In this document: positions 35,100-46,604 of the stretch, in pieces
How the letters are laid out: each line of letters opens with the position of its first letter
Position numbering within the stretch: position 1 is the stretch's first letter
Source: Thraustochytrium aureum
Taxonomy: Eukaryota
Length of the DNA stretch: 62,564 bases
Direction: 5' to 3'
Assembly (NCBI GenBank): GCA_012862495.1
Contig: BLSG01000084.1
Coordinates: forward strand, 228,838 to 291,401
Notes under the pieces: generated by a model
Seen by the model: only the letters and a program-made list of their open reading frames with translations
Databases searched by the model: none
What the model was told of the DNA's origin: nothing
Translations under genes and position numbers: made by a program

Positions 35100-38000
35100 C
35101 TAAGCTGCCGTTGACACGCGGAGCGGGGCAAGAGCCGCGAGCTCGCGCTCAAGCTCCCTAACGCGCTCGTCAAGCCGGCGCACGCTCTCAATAAGAAGGG
35201 GCACAAGACGCGCGTATCGTACAGCTTTCAGCCCCTCCTCGTCCCCGTCCTCGCCCCCCTCCCCGCCAAGCGCGGCCTCGTCTAGAGCGCCACGGCCTCC
35301 GCGCGCAGACGACGATGGCAGGCGCGCACTGCTCGAGGCCACTACCTCGGGCGCAACGCGCTCGACTTCCTGCGCGATTAGGCCAAGCTGGATTGGGCCG
35401 TCGGCCGGGGCCTCGATTCCGCGATACCGGACGCCTCGTAAAGCAAGCACCATGTCCAAGGCCTCGTCGGCCGGGATCGTCTCAACATCGCGCTTGAGAC
35501 GCGCGTCGCTTGCTTCGGCAACCGAGCCCCCGACGCGCAAGTCGGCGCTCACCGACAACTCAGTAATCCCGGTCAGGGAGCCGCCGCGAACCGTCACATT
35601 GTTGAGCTGGTTGCCTTGCATGTCCACCGGTCCAGTCACGCGAAACCCAGACACCTCCGTCAGATGCACGGTTTCCCCTTGGACACTCAGGGCAGACAAG
35701 TCGGAAGCTTGCAGCTCCCCGGTGGCCCCGACAAGCACCACACGTGCTTTGCCCGGACTTGCTTCTTCAGCGCTTCCCGCTGCGGCAGCCGGCGACTCCA
35801 CCTGGTCGGGAATGGCAAGCCGCGTTGCTCGCAGCGAACTCGCAGCAAACGCAAAGTCTCCAACATCAAGATCTGCGCTCGCCCTGAGCGAGCCTACCTT
35901 GGACAAAGCGACTCCGTCCAGTTGCGGCGCCGCCGGAGTCTGCCAGCCCGAACCGTCGAACACGAGTTGGACGATCTGCCCCGGAGCGAGGTCCGCGACA
36001 GGTTCGCTGCCCGGCTGACCGCTCACGCGCAAGTGGCGAGCCGCCAACTTGTTTTGCACGAGCAGGTACTGGCCAGTCGTAGGCGCTGCTTGAAGCACCA
36101 ACTCGTGGGCGGGTTCCTCAAGGCTGTGGGTGCCTTGCGACGACGGCGCGTCCACGAGGACAACGAACCCAGAGCTTGAGTCGACTTGAGTACGCGCTCC
36201 CGGGCCGGCCTCCAGCTGAGCCGCCGCGACAGCGACGTGCGCTGCAGTCGAAATAGCGCCATCTGCGGAGACATACTCGCTTACCAACAGCGACCCGTTC
36301 ACCTGGGCGTGAGATCGCGCAAGGTCGAGGCAAACCCGAGGCTCTGACGAGACGCCCCCGCAGAGCGAGTCCCCAATAAAGGCGCCACCGAAGACCTTCC
36401 CAGCGCCGCCAGAAAAGATGGCATGTGACGCATTCAACGCTAGCGCGGTTTCCTCCAAACCGGCCGCGGGCGTGCCACTGCCAGCTGGCGCTTTGAAGGA
36501 GACGCGCAGAACAGACGCGGACAAGACGAGGGAAGCATGCTCCTGCGTCTCGCCGACGGCCGGCTTGCCAGCGCCAAGAGCGGCAGCGCTGAGCTCAACA
36601 GTACCTGCACTAGCCGTAACTGCCGAGACCTGGTCTCCGGGCCCTCGCCTCGAGCGCGGCTCCGGCGGCCCCTTGAACAAGCGCTTCGCCGGTGTTCGAC
36701 TTGATGGTGAGCGAGTTTTGCGTGCCAAGAACGACGCCATTCCCGCCGTCTGGAGCTGAGCCGAAAGTAGCGAGGTCGGCAATGCGCAACCGCGCCTCGC
36801 CGCCCTCGGCCTCGAGAATCAGGCCGCCTAAATCGAGGCGCCCAGCGCCAACTGCAAGCTCGCCTTCGACGGTCAAGTTGGTAGATACGCTTGCCTTGCC
36901 GGGCCCAAAGCTCGCGACGCCCGCGAGCTGGAGGCCCTCTGAGGCAGAGAGACTCGCGGCTGGTACGTCGCCGTCCCCGAGGCCGCTAAAAGCGATGGCG
37001 CCGCACGACAACGTCGCAGCGGACGCGCCATCTTCGCCGCTAAACTTGAGGCGCTCACGATCGAGGACCGCACGGGGCGCTGCATCGCCCGCTTCGCCAG
37101 ACGCCGCAAACTCGATGCTGGATCCGTCGCCGAGGCGCACTGACGCGAGCCGCGAGAGGCCCTCTACATCGATTTGGTCTGCGGCAAGCCCCCCGTGGAC
37201 CGCGAGGCGGCCCTTTGCTTCCAAGGTGCCTTCCACGGACGCGCTTCCCTCGACGGCGAGCGAGGCGGCCCTGAGCTCCGCCCTGCACCGTGGCGTCGGC
37301 TTCTACGGAAAGTCCCCCACCAAGACGTACCGAGGCCTTGTCTGGTTCGACCGCGAGCAGGATGCCGCTCTGCTCGCCTCCTCGCACAGTAAACTCCCCG
37401 CTCGAAACCGACACGTTGCCCACAAAATGAGCCCACCCTGAATCGAAAGTGGCCCTCGTCCGCGGCCTCCAGTACGCACTTGCCGATGACGAGCGCTTCA
37501 CCGACGTTGAGAGCCTTTTCCACGCCCATACCGCCCCGCACAACAAGGGCCCCAGTCTCCGGAGAGGTCGAGTCCTCGTCTGCCAAGACCACCATCCTGC
37601 CAGCAAAGCTTGCGGCCCCACCCACGTCAAGGACGCCGGTGACAGACAGACCTCCACCATTCTGGACGACGAGGTCGCCCTTCGCGACTTGGAGCCCCCC
37701 GCACGAGACGGCGCCTTCAAACTGCGCGCTGCCGTCCAGATGAAAGGCCATTTCTCCCGGGTCGACCTGGAAAAACGGCCCTGCCTTCGTCCCGGAGACT
37801 GCTTGAACGACCAATTTGGCGCCGTCTTGAAGAGTCAGCGAACCTTCAGACACCACAGCGGCACCGCCGCTGGATGTAAACCCTCCAGAAAGCGACGCGG
37901 CGCCCCCTAGCGTAAGCCCACCTTTGAGCACAGTCATTTCTTCCGCCGACGCTCAGCTCTCCAGCAACCTGCGCTGAGCCGCCGATGCTGAGCAAGCCGT

Positions 38001-39159
38001 CCGCGGACATGTTGCCTTTGCAAGACACAGACCCGGCGCTTGCAGTGATGTCACCGTGCTCCACATCAATGCCGCCGTTGCCTTCCAGGACAAGCCGGCC
38101 TGCAGCCAGCTTCACATCACCGTGCTCGACGTCCAGACCGCCTTTTAGGGAAACCAGCTCCGCGACCGAAAGGGCTCCATTCACCTCTGCGTTTCCTTTG
38201 AGGATGCGAAGTGGCCCCTCTTGCAGGTCAATCGAGCCGCCCGGCCCGACTGACAAGCTCGCGCCGTTTCGCAAGTCAAGGCCTGAAGCCGAGACGGAGG
38301 CCCTGACAACAGTCCCTGGGTCTCCGGGTGTACTGGTTGACAGGTCAATGCGAGCACTGACCTTGCCGGGGGCCACGTTCTCGTTCACGACCGCTGCGAC
38401 AGATGCTACGGTGACGCGTTTCGCCCCCTCAAAGGCAACGAAGTCCACCACGCCAAGTACGTCGTCCTTGAAGACAATCTGTGGTGTTGCAACGGTGGCC
38501 CCGCGTGAGCGAGCTAGCTCGAGACGCGGAAAGGTGATCGGCGCATTGCCAGCTTGGGCAAGGACGAAACCGCCCCGTTCGTCCAGCGCAGCGCTCCCAG
38601 GGGGCGCTTTGCCACTCAGGGAGAAGATCGCCCCGTTCGGCTCGAAGGCTGTCCCAGGCACGGTGCTATGAATCAACACCAGCGTCTGCTGCTCAGGGTC
38701 ATGCGCGAACGTGAAGCTCGCTTTTGAATGGAGGTCTGCGAAGCGGACTGCTGCGCACACCGGGCTGTTGGGCCCTGAGCTCGCTCCGGTCAAGCTGAGG
38801 ACCGACCGGCTCGCGGTCCTCACGGCATCGATCTGGTGCTCTGGCCCGTTCTGCGCAATCGCGCCAAGGCCAAGTAGACCTTCTGCAGTCAGGCGGAGCC
38901 GCAGGTTGGCTGGCGATTCCCCGCCAAGGAGAACGTCGAGCGCGTTGGTGGCGGGCGTCACTTGCAGTCCGGCACTGGTCTTGTCCGCACTGTCGAGGAA
39001 CTTGAGGCTCCGCGGCAAGCTATCCGGCGCCTTGGACCTAACATTCAGCACGCATGGGCCTTTGTCCTCCTCGAGGCACCACGCCACGGTCTCGCGGGCG
39101 CCATTGACAAGCGCGAGCGCAACCGCCGCCCATCGAGCCGCCCATCGAGCCGCCACCAT
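35100..39159 (-). CDS. Secreted tail-fibre-like protein (~1350 aa) with C-terminal peptidase S74 intramolecular chaperone; four apparent frameshifts
   Basis: Signal peptide from ATG 39159; Gly/Val-rich beta repeats; SDARLKRDVETI..GLIAQEVERVAPEVV..VRYARLVPLLIESVRRLDERVRELE. Five overlapping frame segments join at ~37940, ~37450, ~37275 and ~36645. Confidence 0.82.
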
Positions 39160-39440
39160 CCCTCCCCTTCCCTCCCTCCCCGCCTTCGCGCGACGCGCCA
39201 GCGCAGGCACGGGGCGGCGGCGTCCGGGCCGCGCCAGCTCGGGCAAGAGGGCCACCGGGAGAGAGAGCGAGAGAGCGAGAGAGCGAGTTGCTCAAGGCGC
39301 GAGCAGGCGCTGGGACACCTCGGAACGTCAAGGGGACTGAATAGATAGGCCTACTCTACAGCCTAGGTGCAGATTGCGATGAGGATGTTGACTTGGACGG
39401 GGGAATTGGGGCTCGCGGCGGCCATGGTGGCTTGGCTGGC

Positions 39441-39664
39441 GGCGCCGCGCAGGCTTAGTCTCTGTAGGTCGTGAACGAGGATGTGGCGCCGCGCAGGCTT
39501 AGTCTCTGTAGGTCGTGAACGAGGATGTGGCGCCGCGCAGGCTTGGTCTCTGTAGGGCGTGAACGAGGATGTGGCGCCGCGCAGGCTTAGTCTCTGTAGG
39601 TCGTGAACGAGGAGGTGGCGCCGCGCAGGCTTAGTCTCTGTAGGTCGTGAACGAGGAAGTGGCG
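39441..39664. repeat. 44-bp tandem repeat x5 overlapping the prolidase stop codon
   Basis: GGCGCCGCGCAGGCTTAGTCTCTGTAGGTCGTGAACGAGGATGT units at 39441, 39485, 39529, 39573 and 39617 with 0-2 substitutions and no spacers. Confidence 0.95.
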
Positions 39665-41147
39665 TCCTTGTGACCGGCCATGACGGCCTCGACGTCGGCG
39701 ACTGTGCGCGGCACCTTGGAGAGGTTTTCGATGCCGTCAGCGGTGATGACGACGTCGTCCTCGAGGCGGATGCCCCCAAAGCCTCGAAAGCGCTCGAGCA
39801 TTTCGCGGTTGATGAAGCAGGCCTGCTCCTCGCTGGCGAGGGCGCGGTTGAGGGAGTAGTCGTTAAAGTAGATGCCCGGCTCGACTGTGATTACCATGCC
39901 CGGCTGCAGCACGCGGCAGCAGCGCAAGCTCTTGAACCCGTCGAGCGTCTGCACCGGATGGCCCTTGGGGCGCCCCCCAACATCGTGGGTGTCGAGCCCC
40001 ATAAAGTGCCCGAGCCCATGCGGCATGAAGACTGCGCCGAGGTTGGCGGCCATCATCTGATCCACCTCGCCGCGCAAGAGGCCGGCCTCCTTGAGCTTGG
40101 TGGAAATAATGCGGTACGCCAGTCTGTGCATGTCGACGTACGAGACGCCGGGGCGCATCTCGCGCATGACGCCGAACTGCGTCGCGAGCACGGCTTCGTA
40201 GATGAGTCGCTGGTCGTCCGTAAACTTGCCGTTCACTGGGAACGAGCACGTAATGTCCGACGTGTAGCACTTGAACTCTGCGCCCATGTCGAGGAGGGCC
40301 ATGTCACCGTCCTTGACGATGCCGTCGTTTGGCGCGCCGGCGTGGCCGTAGTGGAGCACGCTCCCGTTCGACCCGCAGCCGCAGATGCTTGTGTAGCTCT
40401 GGTGGCGGCAGCCGCCGCGAAAGTAGCCCCAGTGCTGGAACATGCTCTCGAGCTGAAACTCACGCATCCCCGGCTTAGCATGACGCATGATCCAACAGTG
40501 GGCCTCGCTGCTGATGCGGTTGATGTGGCGCATCAAGTCGAGCTCCATGGCCGTCTTGGTTACGCGGCACTCGACGACGGCGTCGTAGAGGAGCCCGTTG
40601 TGAACGGGAAACTTTTCGATTCCGTCAAATGTGGCTTCCTTGGCGTATCGGCCGCTGTCGTAGTTGAGGCCGCGCGTGGTGTATATGACGGCGGGGTCGA
40701 GCTTGGCGAGGAAAGCCTCCAGGTCAGGCTCGAACAGGACTTTGTCGACGGCGTACTCGGCCTTGAAGCTCTCAGCCGTGCGCACCTCGCCCATGAAGAT
40801 CGCATAAGTCTCGGGCAACTTGGGGAAGAACAGCGTAGTCTCGCATGTGTCGAGCTCCACGACGGCGTACGCGCCGGGCTCCTTCACGCCGAAAAGGTAG
40901 GCAAAGTTGGACTCTTGGCGGAAAACCGGCTCGTTGTCGCTGTCGTACCGCTCCGGAAACCCGCCCCCCTGAAACAGCGCCACGCTCCCAGGCGCGGCGC
41001 CGCGGCGCCGCATCTCCTCCACCATCTTGACGCGGTGCCCGCGGTACATTTCGACGGGAATGTCGTACAGGTCGAGCACGCTGCCATAGTCGGTGGTGCC
41101 TTCGGGGGCCGCGAGCGGCACCGCTTTAGCCGCCGCTCCCGGTCCAT
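39631..41147 (-). CDS. PEPD: Xaa-Pro dipeptidase (prolidase, M24B)
   Basis: FRQESNFAYLFGV, VLHYGHAGAPND, DMGAE..YTSDITCSFP, HGLGHFMGLDTHDVGG, TVEPGIYF and GGIRLEDDV. Start uncertain (ATG 41147 needs a 1-nt correction). Confidence 0.95.
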
Positions 41148-41926
41148 CCTGATGCCGCTTTTCACTTTGTCTCGCCTTTCGCCGCAGCTGCCAGCGCCGC
41201 CCGGCGCCTGCCACGTTGTTGTCAGGCGCGCAGGGGAGCCCGCGCGGTCGCCGCGGAGGAGGGTTTGGCGGGTCTGAGTGCGGCGGTCAAACGTGCGCAA
41301 AGGCCGCGCGAGGTCCTCCAGCTCGCCGCTCGCATGCAATCTACAGCGACGGACAAGGCCCTCGTGTTCCGCTGCCAGGCTCCTGCCGACGCTCGGCGCG
41401 CAAGCGATTGGGGTCTGCCGAGGCCACGGTGTTGGGAATTTGTGCCGCGCTGCGAACACCGTCGCGCGATCCCCGCAAGCGGAAGCCGCCAGCGCCAGCG
41501 CCGCGCCGCCCTCGCTGGTGTTCGCCAGCCGCGCCCGCCCGCTGGCGAGCGGGAAGGCAGGCAGGCGGGCAGTGAGGAAGGAAGGACGGAGGGGAAGAGT
41601 CCTGCCCGATTGGACCCAATTGGACGCCGACTCCGCCGACGACGGCGCGGCGCCCGCGCGACAGCCGCAGCGCGCCCCGCGACCTCCTCTCCCTGCTTCG
41701 CGCGGAACGGCCGCCTGCGCAGTCTTGCTTTAGCACCGGAATCTCGCAATGAAACGAGGCGAGAATTGCCGCGCAATGGCCAGGCTGGCCGTTGGCAGAC
41801 ACACAACGCCGGCGCGAGTGTGCGCCGCGGGCGCGCTGCGCGAGGCTGCGCGGGCGTCCTCGGCGGGTCGTCGTGCGCCAAGGGCCTGGTCGCCAAGAGC
41901 CTGGGCGCCGGGAAAGGGCCGCCGGG

Positions 41927-43197
41927 ATGGAGTCGCGGCAAGTGCAAGAAAAGTACAGGCTGCTGAAGGCCAGCACCACGGTCGACCATAGGGGGCTCGT
42001 GGTGAACGCCGTGACTGCACGCGGCGATGAAGGCACTGCCGGGGCTCGACGAAGCTATGCCGCCGGAGCGCGTATAGCCGCTGCAGAGGGCAGAGGCAGG
42101 NNNNNNNNNNNNNNNNNNNNNNNNNNNNNNNNNNNNNNNNNNNNNNNNNNNNNNNNNNNNNNNNNNNNNNNNNNNNNNNNNNNNNNNNNNNNNNNNNNNN
42201 NNNNNNNNNNNNNNNNNNNNNNNNNNNNNNNNNNNNNNNNNNNNNNNNNNNNNNNNNNNNNNNNNNNNNNNNNNNNNNNNNNNNNNNNNNNNNNNNNNNN
42301 NNNNNNNNNNNNNNNNNNNNNNNNNNNNNNNNNNNNNNNNNNNNNNNNNNNNNNNNNNNNNNNNNNNNNNNNNNNNNNNNNNNNNNNNNNNNNNNNNNNN
42401 NNNNNNNNNNNNNNNNNNNNNNNNNNNNNNNNNNNNNNNNNNNNNNNNNNNNNNNNNNNNNNNNNNNNNNNNNNNNNNNNNNNNNNNNNNNNNNNNNNNN
42501 NNNNNNNNNNNNNNNNNNNNNNNNNNNNNNNNNNNNNNNNNNNNNNNNNNNNNNNNNNNNNNNNNNNNNNNNNNNNNNNNNNNNNNNNNNNNNNNNNNNN
42601 NNNNNNNNNNNNNNNNNNNNNNNNNNNNNNNNNNNNNNNNNNNNNNNNNNNNNNNNNNNNNNNNNNNNNNNNNNNNNNNNNNNNNNNNNNNNNNNNNNNN
42701 NNNNNNNNNNNNNNNNNNNNNNNNNNNNNNNNNNNNNNNNNNNNNNNNNNNNNNNNNNNNNNNNNNNNNNNNNNNNNNNNNNNNNNNNNNNNNNNNNNNN
42801 NNNNNNNNNNNNNNNNNNNNNNNNNNNNNNNNNNNNNNNNNNNNNNNNNNNNNNNNNNNNNNNNNNNNNNNNNNNNNNNNNNNNNNNNNNNNNNNNNNNN
42901 NNNNNNNNNNNNNNNNNNNNNNNNNNNNNNNNNNNNNNNNNNNNNNNNNNNNNNNNNNNNNNNNNNNNNNNNNNNNNNNNNNNNNNNNNNNNNNNNNNNN
43001 NNNNNNNNNNNNNNNNNNNNNNNNNNNNNNNNNNNNNNNNNNNNNNNNNNCTAGACGTAGTAAGGATCCGGGAGTTCCGCCCGTCTATGTCGCTTCGCGA
43101 TCTCGCGCTCATCGCCCCGTTCGGCCTTATGCAGTACAAATCTGTTCTCGTCGATTCACTTTATTGTATACGTTCGCAAAAGCCACAGGCGCAATAA
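41927..43197 (+). CDS. Possible hypothetical gene, mostly hidden in the N-gap
   Basis: ATG 41927 (MESRQVQEKYRLLK...) is open into the gap, and an open frame (LDVVRIREF...AQ*) exits it; no motif. Confidence 0.25.
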
Positions 43198-43418
43198 AGG
43201 CGACCTAGAACGTTCGCACTGTCCCATGGTATCTGGCGCAAATTTTCGGCAGTTCTCGAGCCCGCCAGCGATATGATTCCGGCCAAGTGTCATCTGAAAG
43301 AAAAGCACGCACGTGGTGCTGTTCGCTGGGTCACAGAACGGTTTCTTTTGCAGCTCCATGGAGTCCACGGTGCGAAAGTCGGCCCGATCTGGCTTGGCGA
43401 AGGACTGAATTCCCCTCG

Positions 43419-45439
43419 TTATTCGACAACGGGCTGAACGTCCTCGGCGACAGATGTGCCTTTCCCCGACCACAGACCTTGCTGGACGCCATCAAAGTAC
43501 ACCACAGGACGAATGAGCATTTCGTCTGTCACGATAAACGAGGCGAGGTGGTCGCTCAGCTTTTCCTCGTCCACAATCACAATGCGCTGACCAGCCTTGA
43601 CCGTGAGGCGAAGGCTGGACGACGCGGGCACAGCTTTGGTAAAGATCTCCAGCATCATCGCTTGTCCCGTTTGACGCTTCGCGGCGGGGCGAGCAAGGGC
43701 AACAGGAAGCGGCGACATATTGACCAGCTGGATGTCGATCTGCTTTGAGAATGTCGTCGACGCCGCCCACTGCGCCTGGGCAACCTTGTGCTCGGCCCTG
43801 TTGGGTCCGACTTCGAGGCGGTCGCTACGGCGATGCAAGTATCGCCGAACCATCCCTTTTAGTTGACGAAAGTTGGTTCGCGGGCCGTGAGCGAGGAAAG
43901 AGGTCTCGATCCCGTTCTCCTCCAAAACGCGGAAACTGGGAATAGGCAGCAGCGAGGTACCGTTGCTGCCAAGCACCATCGTTTGCTCAGAAATCATGGG
44001 CACTGGGTAGCTGACCTCCAAAAACTCGTTGAAGAGGTGCGCGGTGGGCCGCTGGTAGTTTTCGTCGTTCTTGACAAAAATGCCAGCCGGGGCCAGCACC
44101 TTCACCACCTCGCGGAAAAACGTCTCAGTTGAAACGGTCCCACTCGGATCCGTCTCCGAAATGTCCATCAGGATCAGATCAAACGTCTCGCCCTGGGCAA
44201 AGAGGTCATTAATCGTTTTGGCCGCGTCGCCAAAGACCCATTCCACCCTTGGGTCGGCCTCTGGGTCCCCAGGAAGGTGTGCGCGGTATCCAAAGTGCTT
44301 CTGAGACAGGCGTGGCACGTCGATGTCAAGCTCGAGTTGAACAACGCGTGTCACGCTCTTGTACTCTAGCACCTCGCGCAGCGCGAGCGCGTCGCCGCCG
44401 CCAACGATCAGGACACGCTCCAGCTTGCTAAGGAAAGCTGCAGGAAGGTGTACGTACACCTCCGAGTAGGCTTGGTCGAACGAGGCGCAGATTTGAATCA
44501 GCAGGTCAAGAAAGAGGCATCTGTCCCTGAGGCGTCAGCAACTGCTCTGCTTTGCGCTGGTAGCTCGGCGCCCCTCACGCACAAGCAAGAAAACTTACAC
44601 GTCACCTGTCCTCTTGTGCCGCAGGAATTCGATCAGCTGATACTTTGACCGGTGCTCCTCGATCAAGTCATAGTCCCCAAGGTCTGGCACGAGCTTGTCC
44701 AGGTCGGCCTCCCAAAGGGCTTCTTCCCAGCGCTCGCCGAGAGGCATGGCAGCCATTCGGTAGACGTCGTCTGTTTGAGACTCGTTCAAGTCCCTGTTGT
44801 TCACGGCAACTTCCATTTCCTCGATTACTGCTGCAGGGCTGAGGACGTTTTGGTTCACTGCGGCCAGGGTTGGGATACCGCGAGGCAGCTTCTTGGCGTC
44901 ACAAATCCTTCCCTCCAGCCACGCAGCAACGCCCGCAAGGGCGCGTTCAAGGGCTCCCATCTTGTCAGCTCTTGCGAGCACATTGATCGCTGCAAACCTG
45001 TGCTCTGGGCTTGTCCGCTAAACGTTTTTCACTTCCGTCAATTAAACCACCTGCATGAAGCAAGAATAGCCAGGAAACGCTCAGCAACTTACGATCGTCC
45101 AGTGCCCTGGCTCGAGCAAAAGCACGGCAGCGTGACCGTCTACAAAGCTGCCCCTAATGTCTACCTCTGCGGCGCGCTTTCTTCAAGCATCACGCGTTTG
45201 AGCCCTTCCAGATCCTCCAGCTTTTCCTTCTTGGCGTCATCAACATCGATCACAAGGCTTTCCCCAAGGGTGATTTCATAGTCGCCTGTGGGGTTGAAAA
45301 CTGCTGCGCGCTTTCCGGACACTTGCGCCTCTGCGGCTCGCACGGCCTCGATGCTCGCCATCGCGTTGCTGAGTCCCACCGCCTCCGTGACCAGAAGGTT
45401 GACACCGAGGACACACAGAGCAGCTCCACGCATCTTCAT
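43419..45439 (-). CDS. Signal peptide + degenerate AdoMetDC-like + spermidine-synthase-like aminopropyltransferase + VHL-beta-like domain (paralogue A)
   Basis: Introns 45092-45018 and 44598-44521 (GTAAGT...AG) and a frameshift at ~45175. Spliced product has GESLVIDV..GHAAVLLLEPGHWTI|RTSPEHRFAAINV..LPRG, then RSKYQLIEF..CLFLDLLIQ..YSEVYVHLP..VLIVGGGDALALREVL..ELD..DPRV..GDA..FDLILMDISE. Confidence 0.85.
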
Positions 45440-46604
45440 CTCTGACAGCCAGGTGGAGTCGCACAACACCGAGCTGTTGGTTCCGTTCGTCTGTGCGCTC
45501 GAGCTCGTCCTTTGCTGCTTCCGGCACGATGCGTCTGGCCCGCGCCACAGCAGCGATTGCAATCTCGAGACGCTCAGGCGCAATTTTTGTTGTTGAAATA
45601 ATGCTCGACTCGGCGCACTTGGCACGAACGCTCACGTTCAACAACGTCGCGTTCAGGTTTTGCCATCCTTCGCGACGAGCGAGACTGCGCCGTCGCTTGC
45701 GTCGCTTGTGGCGGGCGCACTCAGCAATGGATACGATCGATTCCTGCCACGGTACTCATGATGACGTTGCCTGCTGGCACTATTTGTGCAGTCGGTGCAC
45801 TGCAGGCAGTTCGCGTGCATGTTCCGAGCCGTCCGCGTCTATCGAGTGTTCCGACTCGTCGAATCCCCCACTGCGACACGCTCTCCCCACGCTCTTTAAA
45901 AACAAAGCATCGGCGATTGATTCCGTTAACAAAATGGCAGAGCGTTTGCTTCCGGTACTCGGGTATGTTGTGTAGCGGGTTCAGCGGAGGATAACCGGTG
46001 ATACAAAACAAGAGCGAGATCTGCGCGCGTGTTGGGAGAGATTTCTTTGAGCGGTCGCTGGCCATTCCACTTGAAAGTTCGCGCAGTTGCGCCAGAATGT
46101 GAACGCGGCGGCAGCACCGTCCGTGACGTCCGTGGCTGCGGAGGAAGCCAGGGCCGGCCCTCTACGCGACCCATATGCGTGTCGCAGATCGGCAACATGG
46201 TCAACCAATCCAGCGCTGGCACACCCTGTGCGGGGCATGAAACGACCTACTGTTGCACTTTCTGCCGTGCGAGGCGACCCACGCGCATGCTGGAACAGCA
46301 ACAATGAGTTCGACTCGGCAACAAAATGCAACAAATGAGGGTTGGTTTTTGAAAGGAGTGCGCCGATAAAGGCCACTGGCGGCCTGGGGGCAAAAGGAAA
46401 AGACGCTTCGAGCACCGTCCTGCTGGGAAGCCAGCAGTACCGCAATCCCGCGGAACATCGCACACCGACCAACCGCTTACGTATACCTACTTGGGCCACT
46501 ACTTGGGCCAGACAGCTCGCGCAAGCGCCAAAAGCGGCCCAAAGGGGGCGGCGCCTCGACAGAGTCCAAAGGGATACCAACAGCACGCTCTAGAGACTTG
46601 GGCG

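Noticed and set aside
35100..39159. Prophage or endogenous giant virus
   Set aside because: Only one fibre-like gene; no capsid, integrase, polymerase or packaging ATPase, no visible GC shift, and housekeeping flanks.
39441..39664. Possible CRISPR array
   Set aside because: Units are contiguous with no unique spacers, derive from the PEPD 3' end, and no cas genes are present in this eukaryotic context.
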